Source of the DNA: Asterias rubens
Lineage: Eukaryota
Reading direction: 5' to 3'
Length of the DNA stretch: 64,000 nucleotides
NCBI RefSeq assembly: GCF_902459465.1
Contig: NC_047080.1
Location: 11,532,001 to 11,596,000, forward strand
Part shown: positions 50,593 through 62,800 of the stretch, one piece after another
Position numbering within the stretch: position 1 is the first letter of the stretch
Layout: every line of letters starts with the position of its first letter
The notes under the pieces: model-generated
What the model was told of the DNA's origin: nothing
Databases searched by the model: none
What the model saw: only the letters and a program-made list of their open reading frames with translations
Translations under genes and position numbers: made by a program

Positions 50593-53500
50593 GTGCCTCG
50601 ATGGGGGTCTCAGAAGACACCCCGACTTGGATTGCGCACCACTGTGCCCAATTTTTTTAAAGCCTTGACAAATCTTGCTTAACAGAAACTTTACATTATT
50701 GCAATTGGTGCCACACTCATTTTTTGCTTAGCGAAGAAACTTGCTAAGCAGAAGATCTGCTTAACAGCTGTATGAAATTGAGTACACTGTTTGGTTTGGG
50801 TCTTAATACCCAAACCTAATAGTATTTTTATCTCAAAATGTATTTTATGGAATTTGTAAGAAGCGTGTTTGCGTGGCGTTGTAAGGAGCTTTCACTGGAT
50901 CAGGGGTTTCGAGTGTTGGGCAATTCTGGCTGAAATTTCATCTGAGATATTTCATTAAAACAAACTCAATTTGAAAGCCTTATGGACATGAAAATAAAAT
51001 CAATGAGGCTCTGCACAGATTTTGAAGCACATAACCTTCAATACAACAGTTAACACATTGAAACAGAGGCCTTTTCTAAACCAAGGCGTGGGCTTGGGCC
51101 CCAGTAGTTGTTCGGATAATGTGCTATTATCGGAGCCCCAATCTCAAGTGGTTTCGAAAAGACCCTACTTCGTCAGAAGGCTGTCGGTGTACGAACTACT
51201 TAAATTAGTAGGCATGTCAAGTTCTTATTAAATATTAGATGTTATGCAAATTAACCATTCTACATGTTCGTAGTCTTCAAAGACCGGTGTCAATTCATTT
51301 TATTTTACTTTACTCAAGTTTAGAAATTGAAAGAAAAAACGCCCTTGTCACACGAAGTTGTGTGCTTTCAGATGCTTGATTTCGAGACCTCAAGTTCTAA
51401 ATCCGAGGTCTCGAAATCAGATTCGTGGAAAATTACTTCTTCCTCGAAAACTATATCACTTCAGAGGGAGTCGTTTCTCACAATGTTTTATACCATCAAC
51501 CTCTCCCCATTACTCGTAATCAAGAAAGGTTTTATGAATGCTAATAATTATTTTGAGTAATTACCAACAGTGTCCACTGCCTTTAAAAAGTAATATCTGT
51601 ATTTATAATGAAATGTTCAATGCAAACATAACCCATCATTTTACAATATGTAGGAAGTCCAAAACTTTGAGTCTACCAGGCCTGGAATTACAAAGAGCTG
51701 GAATTACTCTGTTGCCCCTGGTATTGGCCTTGGTGCCCCTCCAAATATTTCTCTTAAACTTTCCTTTCAAGTATGAACTTTCCAGGCCTGACCCATGGGT
51801 AAATGTTATCCTAATAATTGGGTCTATGAATTCATCATTGCAAAAACCTATATTTCTGAAAGTTTTATATACTCAGCGCCTTGAGCCTAGATATATGCGC
51901 TATAATTATAAGACTTCGATAGTATCATCTCAGTACACAATGCTGAACCATATCTTTAACAATAATTATAATTTATTTACAATTTTTACATATGCGGAAT
52001 GATAAAGCATTCTTAAACAAATTAAGGTTTCCATTTTCAGCTATCATATTACCCAGGAAAAACAAGTCAAAAACTTAACAGAATAGTAGGCCTTTAACTG
52101 CATTATTGATTAGGTTTTTAAAGAAAAAAAATTCAGGCAATTTAATAAGAATCTGACTGATTTTCTGAGGGAAAAAAATATCACAAATCAGATTAGAGTA
52201 CAAAGATATCATAATTGATCCTAGGTGTGTAGCTTACCAAGTTTGAAACTTTTCTTTAAACATTTGTTACACCTGTTAGTTGGTCAATTCTGAAAGCATA
52301 TTAAAGTGAGATTACAAAATAAAATCCCACTTGCAACGGCAAGGAATTTTTGGCCTAATAACACACAAGGAAACCATGACAGCATACAGACCAGGGCCCA
52401 AACTAATTTAGAGCCGCATTTAAGCAATAAGCAAGAAAAGCAACTAAGCACGACTCAAAATGTTCCAGATTATTAGCAGAAAATTCAGCTTGACAACATT
52501 CTCTGCTAAGCAAAAGATGAGTGGGGCACCAGTCACAACATTGTAAATTTAATGGAATGTTGGCTGGTAACCTGTTTTTGCTTAGTAAGATTTCCCTGTG
52601 CTTAGCAGGTTTTTGTGCTTACAGACTGACTGGAACAAGATTACTCGCCAAAATACATGTATCAGTTGTGACTGGTATAGTGATCATTTTTGCTAAGCAG
52701 AACATTGCTTCCTGCTCACAGCAGCTGTATAAAAACTTGGTCCTTGTCTAGGCAATGGTGCCAGATAAAAGGTTTCTATAGGAAATTTTGTTTTCTTAAC
52801 AACATTTAAAAAAACTATTGATTCTTTACAAGTTACATTCCAGGATAGACATCGATTTTATCAAAAGTAATTTTCTTAAGCAATTTCATGTAGATTTAAT
52901 TAAAGATATTGCACCATACTATCTGTGTATTGATTTTTGTGGCATTGTTATTGTCTTGAGTATAGTATTAAAGCAAGCTGGGGGTAATAAGCCGACCTAG
53001 AAATCAAACCTGTGGTGTTATGATCTTGTTTGGCTCCATTTCATAGAGCTGCTTAAGTACAAAAATGTTGCTAAGCACAAAACAATTATGCTTGCAATTA
53101 TAAGTCTGCCTGCCGAAATACTATATAACATGTATCATCTAAGACTGGTATCCAGTCAATGGCACAAATGAAATTGTATTTTGGCTGGTGACCCTATTTT
53201 AGGTAAGCATAATTTTACCCTGCTTAGCTACTTTATGTGCTTAAGCAGCTCTATGAAATCAAGCCATGAGGTGTTCTTGTCTTATCATAATCTACATACC
53301 AACTACCAAGTGTTGAGTTATTACACGTGTAGGCTGAAGGGTTTTGATATAGGTCAACTCCTAGCCCAAATACATAGAGACTTTGAAGCAGATTTCAGCC
53401 AGTTTCTTTAAAAAAGAAATTATGCAAATCGCCAGACACACAAGGCCTGAAGGCCACTTCAAGGTGTGGGCTACAATTATTTTATTCCAGAGGCCATTGC

Positions 53501-53632
53501 CACCTACTCCTAGGGCTGAAACAGGGTTACCCCCTTTTACAGTCCATACAGATGTAGGCTTGGGTATCATCAGTCCGAAGCCTGGCCGGTAGACTTGTAT
53601 GACAAATTAAAACACACCAGCCGCTATTAGTT

Positions 53633-56600
53633 TTACGAGGAGCTTGAGGCAGGTTCTGCAAACGAATGCGGTGATGTTGGTGTCACAGGAGTAGTAACTG
53701 CTTCTTTACTGGGTGGGTACAAATGGCTGAGGAGTTTCCCAGATTCGTTTCCGACACGTTGCTGGAGTTTACGTACTCTTTCCTACAGATCAAAAGAAAA
53801 CAAAATATAGAAAGAAAATTTGTCATAAATCTATCAGAATAAATAATTGCTCCCTATTGAAAAAAAAGCATGCTGCCATTTAAAACTCTGCAGGGTCATA
53901 GCCATAGGACTTCTTTTTTCGTCAGCAATGACCTCTGGTTTTAAACAGCCATTCAAGACTCTATTGGCAATCGCTTATTCCCCTTTTCCATGCTGCTTAA
54001 ATTGAGTAAACCTCTCATAGATTGTAAAGCCAGGAACATGCATCATTTCAAATTCTACCTGACACGGACTGCAAAACAGCATGCAAATTACTGAGACATG
54101 TACAAGCAAGCATGACATGGGATAACGGGTTTCATCAAGAGGTCTTAAACTATTCTCAAATAATTCTGGCCATTGGTACTTAATTAAAAGTTTTACTAAA
54201 AAAGTATTTTAAAAATTAACTCTTGTGTCTGTAATCTATCTACATGTACACATAGGCCTGTTTGTACTTGGTGCTTGTTTACCAACTACATTGTTCATGA
54301 TAATGTGAAACACAAATGCAAAAATCAAATACTAAATATTCAAGTTATTCTTATAAAAAGTAGCATCCCCATTGTGCAGGTACAATGTACACACAAAGCA
54401 GCACTGGGTTTAAGTGGGGTATTAGGTAAGGGCTTCTTCGTCTACCTAAAACAAAATACAAACAAATTTACAAAGCAAAGAGTGATGCATTGAAACTGAT
54501 GACATATTGTTTTACACTGGAATTCTTAATATCATGAAAGTATAAGAACAAAACTTCAGACTAAAATTATGTGGAAACTGGAAACATCTACAGACATGCA
54601 GCGCTCAGCATTTAAATATGGGACAAACACTGATGCAGCTGTAGAATTCACACACAGTCTTTACAAAGCACTCCAAGCCAATACATTTCACAGACAGATT
54701 TACACACTCATGCAGTGTGTGCTGCATGCTGCTTAAAGACAGTGGACACTATTGGTAATTGTCAAAGACCAGTTTTCTCACTTGGTGTATCCCAACATAT
54801 ACATAAAATAACAGACCTTGTGAAAATTTGAACTCAATTGGTCATCGAGGTTGCGAGATACTAATGAAAGAAAAAACACTCTTGTCACACGAAGTTGTGT
54901 GCTTTCAGATGCTTGATTTCGAGACCTCAAATTCTAATTCTGAGGTATTGAAATCAAATTCGTGGAAAATTACTTCTTTCTTGAAAACTACATCACTTCA
55001 GAGGGAGCCTCTTCTCACAATGTTTTATACTATACCTCTCCCCATCTTACCAAGAAAGGTTTTGTGCTAATAATTATTTTTGCCTAATTACCAAAAGTAT
55101 CCACTGCCTTTATCAGGCATGATGGTCCTTAGAAAAAAGTAGGAATACTTTATTGAGTACATGGAGTCAAGGACTGACCATAATGGTGTAGGCTCTAAAA
55201 AATGTACCATACTTTTTTAATCACAATTTTTCTGATTGTTTTCAAGGGTAAAAAAAAACAGAATAAAGTAGGAATATCATGCCTGCTCAATGAAACAAAA
55301 CATGCAAAACAAACTTGGCATTGTACTTGCAATGAGCGTTGAGCAACACCCAAATAACATTCAGTTGTACCTACACAATGGGGTGAATATAGAAATGATT
55401 GAGAGAATGGGTTGTTCACAGAATGGAACCCCCAGGAAAGTCAACCAGGGACTTCCGTTTGGCTGATGTCTTGGCGATATGCAAATGAAGTCGGCTTAGC
55501 CGATCCTGCAATAATCAGAGAGATTACGGTTAAGGGTGGAGTACCTCTTAAATTAATTACTCAGTCGCAACACAAATGGCTCTGTTAATTTACATCTTCA
55601 CATCCAATATAAGATCTTGGTACCTTGTTTGCAATAAGCCTGATAACTTTTTTTAAATTTCGCCCAACTCACAAAACTACTACTACTACTTTAAATAACC
55701 AACACTGAATAAACTTTAAAAAGTTCTCCATTCTGAAGAATTTTCTTTTAAAATGAACAACAGGGCACCCATGCAATGGTGAATTCCTACTGGAGCATTT
55801 CAAGGGCATGGAGGCAATTGCCGTCTTTGCCTCCAGGGGGGCATGGAGGCAATTGCCGTCTTTGCCTCCAGGGGGGCATGGAGGCAATTGCCGTCTTTGC
55901 CTCCAGGGGGGCATGGATGCAATTGCCGTCTTTGCCTCCAGGGGGGCATGGATGCAATTGCCGTCTTTGCCTCCAGGGGGGCATGGAGGCAATTGCCGTC
56001 TTTGCCTCCAGGGGGGCATGGAGGCAATTGCCGTCTTTGCCTCCAGGGGGGCATGGATGCAATTGCCGTCTTTGCCTCCAGGGGGGCATGGATGCAATTG
56101 CCGTCATTGCCTCCAGGGGGGCATGGATGCAATTGCCGTCTTTGCCTCCAGGGGGGCATGGAGGCAATTGCCGTCATTGCCTCCAGGGGGGCATGGAGGC
56201 AATTGCCGTCTTTGCCTCCAGGGGGGCATGGATGCAATTGCCGTCTTTGCCTCCAGGGGGGCATGGAGGCAATTGCCGTCTTTGCCTCCAGGGGGGCATG
56301 GATGCAATTGCCGTCTTTGCCTCCAGGGGGGCATGGATGCAATTGCCGTCTTTGCCTCCAGGGGGGCATGGAGGCAATTGCCGTCATTGCCTCCAGGGGG
56401 GCATGGAGGCAATTGCCGTCATTGCCTCCAGGGGGGCATGGAGGCAATTGCCGTCATTGCCTCCAGGGGGGCATGGAGGCAATTGCCGTCATTGCCTCGT
56501 GAAGCATCATGCCTCTGCTTAGAGCAATAGATCGTACAAATCTTCACCTCTACTGAATCAGGGTTGGGTAAGGAATTCCTTCAGTAAAATAAAAGGAATG

Positions 56601-57940
56601 CAAACCTACCTGAGCATTCTGGATGATATTACTTATAACAGCAATCTTTCGCTTGGAATTCATCAGCTTCTTGACGTAAGGGTCTAGCTCTATGGGTGGT
56701 TCTCGAGACTGACCTAACTGTTTCAAAACTGAATTTGAATAAAAAAGAAAAAAATCTTTGCAAATAAGAGGGCAATGGCAATGGATATGTATGGGAAAAA
56801 AAAGGTTCTCAAATAAAATGTTAAAGTTTGTATTGTATTATTTATAAATTAATCAAAAGTACCTTCATCAAGTTCTTCAATTTGATGTCTAAGTTCTAGT
56901 TGGCTTTCTCTGAAATAAAAAGTACAAAGTGGATTACAAATATTAATACAATTCCAACACAAGGTTCTTAATAGGCCCCCTAACACTTTATTTAAAAAAG
57001 AGTATGCATGTAGTGTTATTTACCAGAACATGGGGTTCATTGCAATTCCCGCCTGATTGATTTTTCTGAATGGCCGAAAGGCACTTTGAGATGGGATAAG
57101 GGGCTTACAAAGCCCCTTTTCCCATCCCACAGTGCATTTCGGCCATTCAGCAAAATCAGTCAGGGGTAATTGCAATAAACCTTATGCCACTTTTTAGTGT
57201 CAGTGTCAACACTCAACACTGTGGTCAGCGCAAAGCAGAATGAAATGGCTGATGGTAAGTACAAACTATTGTAAAAAAAATACCATGGGCATAAAAATGA
57301 AAATAGTTATGTGCTTAACACTTCAAATTAAGATGAAAATCAAATTCAAAGGGTGTTTACAAGTTTTTATACTAATAGTAATACCCTGGAAAATAACCCA
57401 GGAAAATACACAAAAAACACCAGAAATTACTTGAAAACTACTTAAGGATAACTTTCCGTATGGCGCCACCACTTTTTCACTCATTTTTACAAAAAGGGAT
57501 ATCTCATTGAGGTAAATAAGATACTATATTATTTCATATCAAATGAAAAACTGGTGGCGCCATACGGAAACTTTTCCCTACTTAAATACTTAGATTAAAT
57601 CAAATATGGTACTGCTCCTGAGGACTGTCTAGAGAACAGTTACCGTGTCCGTATTGTTAGTTTGTCAATTAATTCTCAATAATATTATTAGTCAATTCAA
57701 CAAAAAAGGTATTCGTTTTGGTAAAATAAAAATTAGGGGAAAGTTGTGGCAGGAATGAGACATGTAATTATAGCAGAATACGTACCTCACAAGTCGCACT
57801 CTCTCATCAACTTCTTGCACAGCTGGTTTGAAGAGTTCTAAGATTCCAGCCGCCATGGCTTCACGGTTTTCAGTCGGAGTTATTGCCGTATGTTTAGCAT
57901 TTTCTCCTCCTCCTCCGGATCCTGCGATGGTGGCCGCCAT
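53633..57940 (-). CDS. SNAPIN: SNARE-associated protein Snapin (BLOC-1/BORC subunit), 156 aa
   Basis: Exons 57940-57786, 56909-56863, 56728-56610, 53782-53633 (471 nt, GT-AG, in frame). AMAAGILELFKPAVQEVDERVRLVRESQLELRHQI...ELDPYVKKLMNSKRKIAVISNIIQNAQERVRKL matches the recalled Snapin core (AEGLLEFLRPAVQQLD...VRESQVELR...LDPYVKKLLNARRRV...QNAQERLRRL). Confidence 0.92.
54733..55112. mobile_element. MITE family A copy in SNAPIN intron 3
   Basis: TTAAAGACAGTGGACACTATTGGTAATTG ... TAATTACCAAAAGTATCCACTGCCTTTA. Confidence 0.8.
55804..56498. repeat. 35-bp minisatellite, 20 units, in SNAPIN intron 3
   Basis: Unit GGAGGCAATTGCCGTCTTTGCCTCCAGGGGGGCAT, with only two variable positions (GGA[G/T]GC and GTC[T/A]TTG) and no spacers. 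Confidence 0.98.
57034..57181. repeat. Foldback (hairpin) with ~72-bp arms and a 3-nt loop in SNAPIN intron 1
   Basis: The arms align over their whole length with a handful of mismatches; centre GGGGCTT-ACA-AAGCCCC. Confidence 0.9.
57453..57570. mobile_element. Small MITE in SNAPIN intron 1
   Basis: 19-bp perfect TIR TTTCCGTATGGCGCCACCA. Confidence 0.7.
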
Positions 57941-58014
57941 CTTGAAAGTATCTAATGTGCACGAGCAGAACAAGAGAGGGCGCTGTAGCGGTTATTAAGG
58001 CCGGTGTCGCATAT

Positions 58015-58450
58015 TTTTGTCCTCTATGCAATACTATCCGGAGGACCGTATTGCATATGCAACACTGTCCGCCGGACGGTTTTGCATATGCAATCGTGTC
58101 CGTCCAGACGCTGCTGCATAATGCAATTGTGTCCGCCCGGTTACATCTGCATATGCAGTTGTGTGTCCGTCCATGTGCAAAACCGTCCTTGCAGTAAATT
58201 AAACGCACTTGGTCGGCGGAACACGTTCGCCATTTTTTTTACAAGCTAAGTGCATGCCATCATTGACATGGGAAATGTTCGGCCGTTGGGTATTTGCTGC
58301 AATAAAATACGTGAATATTCATGCTGCATAAAAGTAGGTTCAGTGCATGCACGCTCGCTTACGCGCGCACACGTACATTAATGTACATGTCCACCGGACT
58401 GTTTTTGCACAGCCCCGGACACGATTGCATATGCAAAATGTCCGGAGCAT
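58015..58450. repeat. GC-richer region of direct and inverted sub-repeats upstream of SNAPIN, probably a degenerate foldback transposon
   Basis: Repeated TTGCATATGCAA palindromes; TTTTGCATATGCAATCGTGTCCG near 58080 is the reverse complement of the sequence near 58416-58438. Confidence 0.6.
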
Positions 58451-58618
58451 GCAGACAGTATTGCATGGCGGACCAATTGCATCTGACAACGGAGCGCCCC
58501 CGGGCGTGGGCCGCCGACTACTGCTGAGCGATGCGCATGTTACAGATTTTTTTAAACAAAACACATCCCCCCCGGGGGGGATTCTGTTCTGTTATAATTT
58601 GAGGCTTATAAATAGATG

Positions 58619-58780
58619 TCTCGGTGGTCTAGTTGGTATGATATTGCTCTAGAATTGCAAGGGTCGTGGGTTCGAATCCCACCCGAGTAAAATGCCTGTG
58701 ATTTTTTTTCACAGGACTCGGGGAAAGTACTGAGTATACAGTGCTACACACATCGGTGTATATGGGTAAAAACCAAAAAT
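58619..58780 (+). mobile_element. Copy of the same tRNA-derived SINE-like family (SNAPIN-FReD intergenic)
   Basis: Same A box, B box and body as 49145-49320. Confidence 0.85.
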
Positions 58781-59397
58781 TGAGGCATATACATATCAGA
58801 ATAACTGTATGTTTGAAGAGCTCATGTACAGTGATTGAATGGAATGCGAATTCTTTTAGGAATCCTTCGTTATTTTCAGAAACGTTTATTGACGACGGAA
58901 GCAGAGCTGTTGACAAAGTTGTTTTAATGTTTAGAGCTAGTGATTGGTTGGAAAGTTAAGTTTGGGCCGGCTTGCACATTCCCTAGGTCAGGACTTTTCA
59001 GGTGAACTAAAACTGCCGAAAGTTGGCCAAACGGAAAGACAAAGTCAAGCTTCACTCCGGAGTGGGTTGTTTGGAAGGAAGCCTGAGCTACTAAAGATAA
59101 CACGATACACATTGTCCTTGGCACACAATGCAAGGACACCGTGATATTACCTGGACAAGAATTCTCTGAGTAAACATAAGACCCTTGTTAACACAGGATA
59201 TTGCTAAGTGCAAAGACAATTTTGCTAAGTGGTAAATGATTTACCAGATCAATTGTCGTGCCATTTTTTCCACTTCTGGTAAGCAAAGTTGTTTCCTGGC
59301 GAGGGTTGTCCCGTGCCCTTTCTACCTGGTACCATCCTGCCCTGGTCATCCTGTACCGTCCATCCGCTATCCACCCACTCAAAGGAAGTCTGGAATG

Positions 59398-59470
59398 TAT
59401 AAAAGAGGCAAGAAGCTGCGCCCAGGGATTGTTTCGCTGTAGCCGATCGAAGGAGCGTCTTGACTTGAGG
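59398..59470 (+). promoter_or_regulatory. Putative TATA box and short non-coding first exon of the FReD gene
   Basis: TATAAAA at 59398-59404, a donor GAGG|GTAAGT at 59471, and a pyrimidine-rich acceptor ending at 59805, 33 nt before the ATG. Confidence 0.55.
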
Positions 59471-59838
59471 GTAAGTTTATGCATGATAGGCCTACTTTAC
59501 AATTGTTTTCACTGCTGGTTTTCGCTCTCATTGGAATTCTTTGTAAATTTGCTACCAGTTAGGTAGATTATTTACTTTGAATGTGCATAATATTTCTATC
59601 CTTATGTGCCAATGGAAACTAAATTGATGCTTTGATGTACTAAACTAACTAAACCATGTACCTAAATTGCGGGCGTTGTTTTTTCAGCGTTCCACGTCAA
59701 TATTATTTTTCTTGGTAATTTACAGTATACTGTTCCTGTGTGTAGCTGAAAACTTGCTAAGGGCAAACCGTTTTGTCCCCTTATTCTTTTCGTTTTTATT
59801 ATCAGAGAGTGGACATTGTTAAAGTGTACGAACCCAAG

Positions 59839-62800
59839 ATGATGTTGGTCATTATGAGCTTGTGTCTGCTGGCGTTAGCCAGCAGTGTTCAAGCTAAAAG
59901 TTCAAACAAGGTCCAAAAAGGTGTTGGGCAGTGTATAGACAACGATGCACTGACAACTGAGACGTTTGCTGCTATTGAGAACGCCATTAAGGTAAGCAGA
60001 CCCTATTTCACGATGCGAAATAGTATTATTTTAAGATCAGGTTGGATCAGAGGTTATCTTCCCTGCTTTTCAACTTTGTGGACATCGGTTCGAATCCGAC
60101 CTCAGACCCGAGCCTTGCATGTTGATAAGGAAAACATAGGAACAGGAATTACTAGTTAAAAAAAACAAAACAATTTGAAATGTTATCAATAACCATGGAG
60201 TATAGGCATACCTAAACTAAAAGGCTTGCAATATCCAGGGTGGACACCTGTTTAGCACGCAGAAGAGCAAAGTCTTATATTATTTCCAGGAATACCAACA
60301 AAGAAACTTCACATACAGTTTTATTTTGATGGGGGCAATCAATTTGCTTTTGCAATATTTTAAATTTGGAAGTTATATGATTTGATTTAGGTCTCACAGT
60401 ACGGTCAGCAGACGGAGAAGCTCAAAGCCCTGAACAGATTGGAGAAGCATGTTGGTAACATGAGACCTATAATCATGGCTGAAGAGAAACCGAAAGTAAA
60501 AACGTTTGCTGGTAAGCCCCGACCAACCTTTAGATTGGTTGCACGTGACGTCATTGACCACCATCTTTGATATAAAACAATAAAGAAGTGCACGTGTGTA
60601 CGCGCTGCCAGCCATTGATTGGATACAAAAACACATCAGCATTAAATTGGGTTGCTAATACATTTAATTTTATATCTTTCACGATTAAATATTGCATATC
60701 ACTACATTATTATAAATCTTTTCAGACTGCCTTGAACTGTTGGAGTCCGGAACCACTCGATCCGGAGTGTACACCATAACCCCGAACGGAACGTCAGTAG
60801 CAGTGCAGGTGTATTGTGACATGATCACTGATGGAGGAGGATGGACAGTAAGTTATGGATCATGAGTCCATGTTTGTCTAGTATTGTACCATGGTCAAAC
60901 TTAAATAGAATGACAGTATTTTGAGTAGAGCGCCCTCAGATCGACGTAACAAGATTGGCTAGGGGTGCATCCCTCTAAATGAAGGGGTACAGGTGGAAGT
61001 GATTGTATTTTGGCGAATGCTCGTCCTTTATTCATTAGAGGACCGGCTCTCCTTCCCGTGTCTCTACACAAATCCTTGAATGTTTAGCATTTACACTATA
61101 ATGTGAATACTTTGGGCGCACCCTTGGTTGATTTATAGTCCACCGCACCCGAGCGCCCTACGTTCCTGTATTTCCATTGTTTTGTTTTTAAATATCGCGT
61201 TACCTCGAAGTTGGCACCATGATGACGTCATTGCATAATATTTCAAACGAAAGAATGGTTTTACCAAAATGTCTCTTGCTTTTCTTAAAACTAAAACAGG
61301 TTTTCCAACGAAGACAAGACGGATCCGAAAACTTCGATCGCGACTTCATGGACTACAGCCAGGGTTTCGGTAACAAGGACGGGGAGTTCTGGCTCGGCAA
61401 CGATGCTCTACGGAACATGACCGCTAACGGAAACTACGAACTCCGCATTGATATGTGGGACTGGGAGAATTCTTATAAGTACGCTACTTACGAAGGCTTT
61501 GCGGTCACTGGAGAAGATTATCAGTTGTCGTTCACTGAAGGGAGCTACGATGGAACTGCAGGTTAGAATAAGGGATTTTTTGTTCAAAAATTGAAAAGTT
61601 TTGTAACAGACTTACAGATTTTTTGATGTTTTGTATCTAGCTTATTTGAAAATGAGAGGCCGTAATTTTCACTATCACACAAGCTCCATTTGCTTGAATC
61701 TGAAAAAGAAAAGTTAATGTAATACCTCACCGTTTCACCCCTGACGCAAAGGTAAAACAAATTGTCATACCATCAACCATAAAAGAAAATGGCATTCTTC
61801 TGCAAACGGGGTAAGTTTGGTTAACGAGTTTTCTGCACACTTTTTGTATTCGGTGAACGAGATAACAATATGTTGGACTTGATGCATTGCATGCATGATG
61901 ATGAGGTATCAATGTATGCGTGGTTGGAGGTTGCACTATGTGTATATCTTGCTACTAGGTAGAATCATGGAGGAATCTCCATGGTAGAACTATGTTCTTT
62001 TGAAAACTTGTCTTACTGCATACCGCGGAGTAGATTGTCCCTTGAGTTCTAGGGCTACGGGACGTACTCGATGAGTTATCGGCACAGAGGAAAATATATC
62101 TTTCTTTTGCTAGCTGTGATAAGATGGAATCAAAATTTGTTCTCCCAAAGGTGACTCTCTGGCCTTCCACAATGGGTGGGGCTTTACGACTAAAGACCAT
62201 GACGTCGATGGGGCTACTGGTGCTGGCAACTGTGCTGTGTGGCTGTACAGCGGGTGGTGGTTCAACTTCTGCCACCGGGCCAACCTTAACGGCCGCTACA
62301 AGAACCAATTAGATGCCGTTGGAGCTCAGCGGGACCAAGGTATCCAGTGGACAGACTGGAAGGGTTTCGAATATTCACTGAAAAAGGCAGAGATGAAGTT
62401 CAGACGTGCAATGACTACGGACACAGCTGTTTCTGGTAAGTTAGACACAACTTTTCTTAAACTTGTATTACTTTTCAGTCGACATTCGCAGTTGCCCCTC
62501 GACAAGTACAAGGCATTGTGCATAAATACAGACGGTCGTGGAATCGAGTCCCACCCAAATTAGCTCAAGGTGCTTTCCCAACATGAAATTTTAAATGCAT
62601 TATCAAACATCAGTGTTTTCAGGCAAATGGTCATTTATTTATTTTCATTGGAGGAGGGACACATTATTTTTGTGTGTGGATAATAAAGGATAATTTTGAA
62701 GAAAACAAAAAAATAGTAACATTCAAATGATTTGATAGATTCTGCACTGTGGTAAAAACGAATGCATAAATGAGCTTGAGAAAGCCTGAACTCTGTGTTC

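Noticed and set aside
50590-50670. Stop-codon read-through restoring a PTS1 to uricase B
   Set aside because: The context is TGA-GTG, not the TGA-CTAG read-through motif, and the extension would end ...FLKP*, which is not a PTS1.
55804-56498. CRISPR-like array (35-bp partly palindromic repeats)
   Set aside because: Units are directly adjacent with no unique spacers, no cas genes are present, and the array lies in a spliceosomal intron of an animal gene.
55669-56530. Long ORFs (up to 248 aa) in several frames over the minisatellite
   Set aside because: The 35-nt unit has no stop triplet on either strand, so all frames stay open automatically. The region is SNAPIN intron 3.
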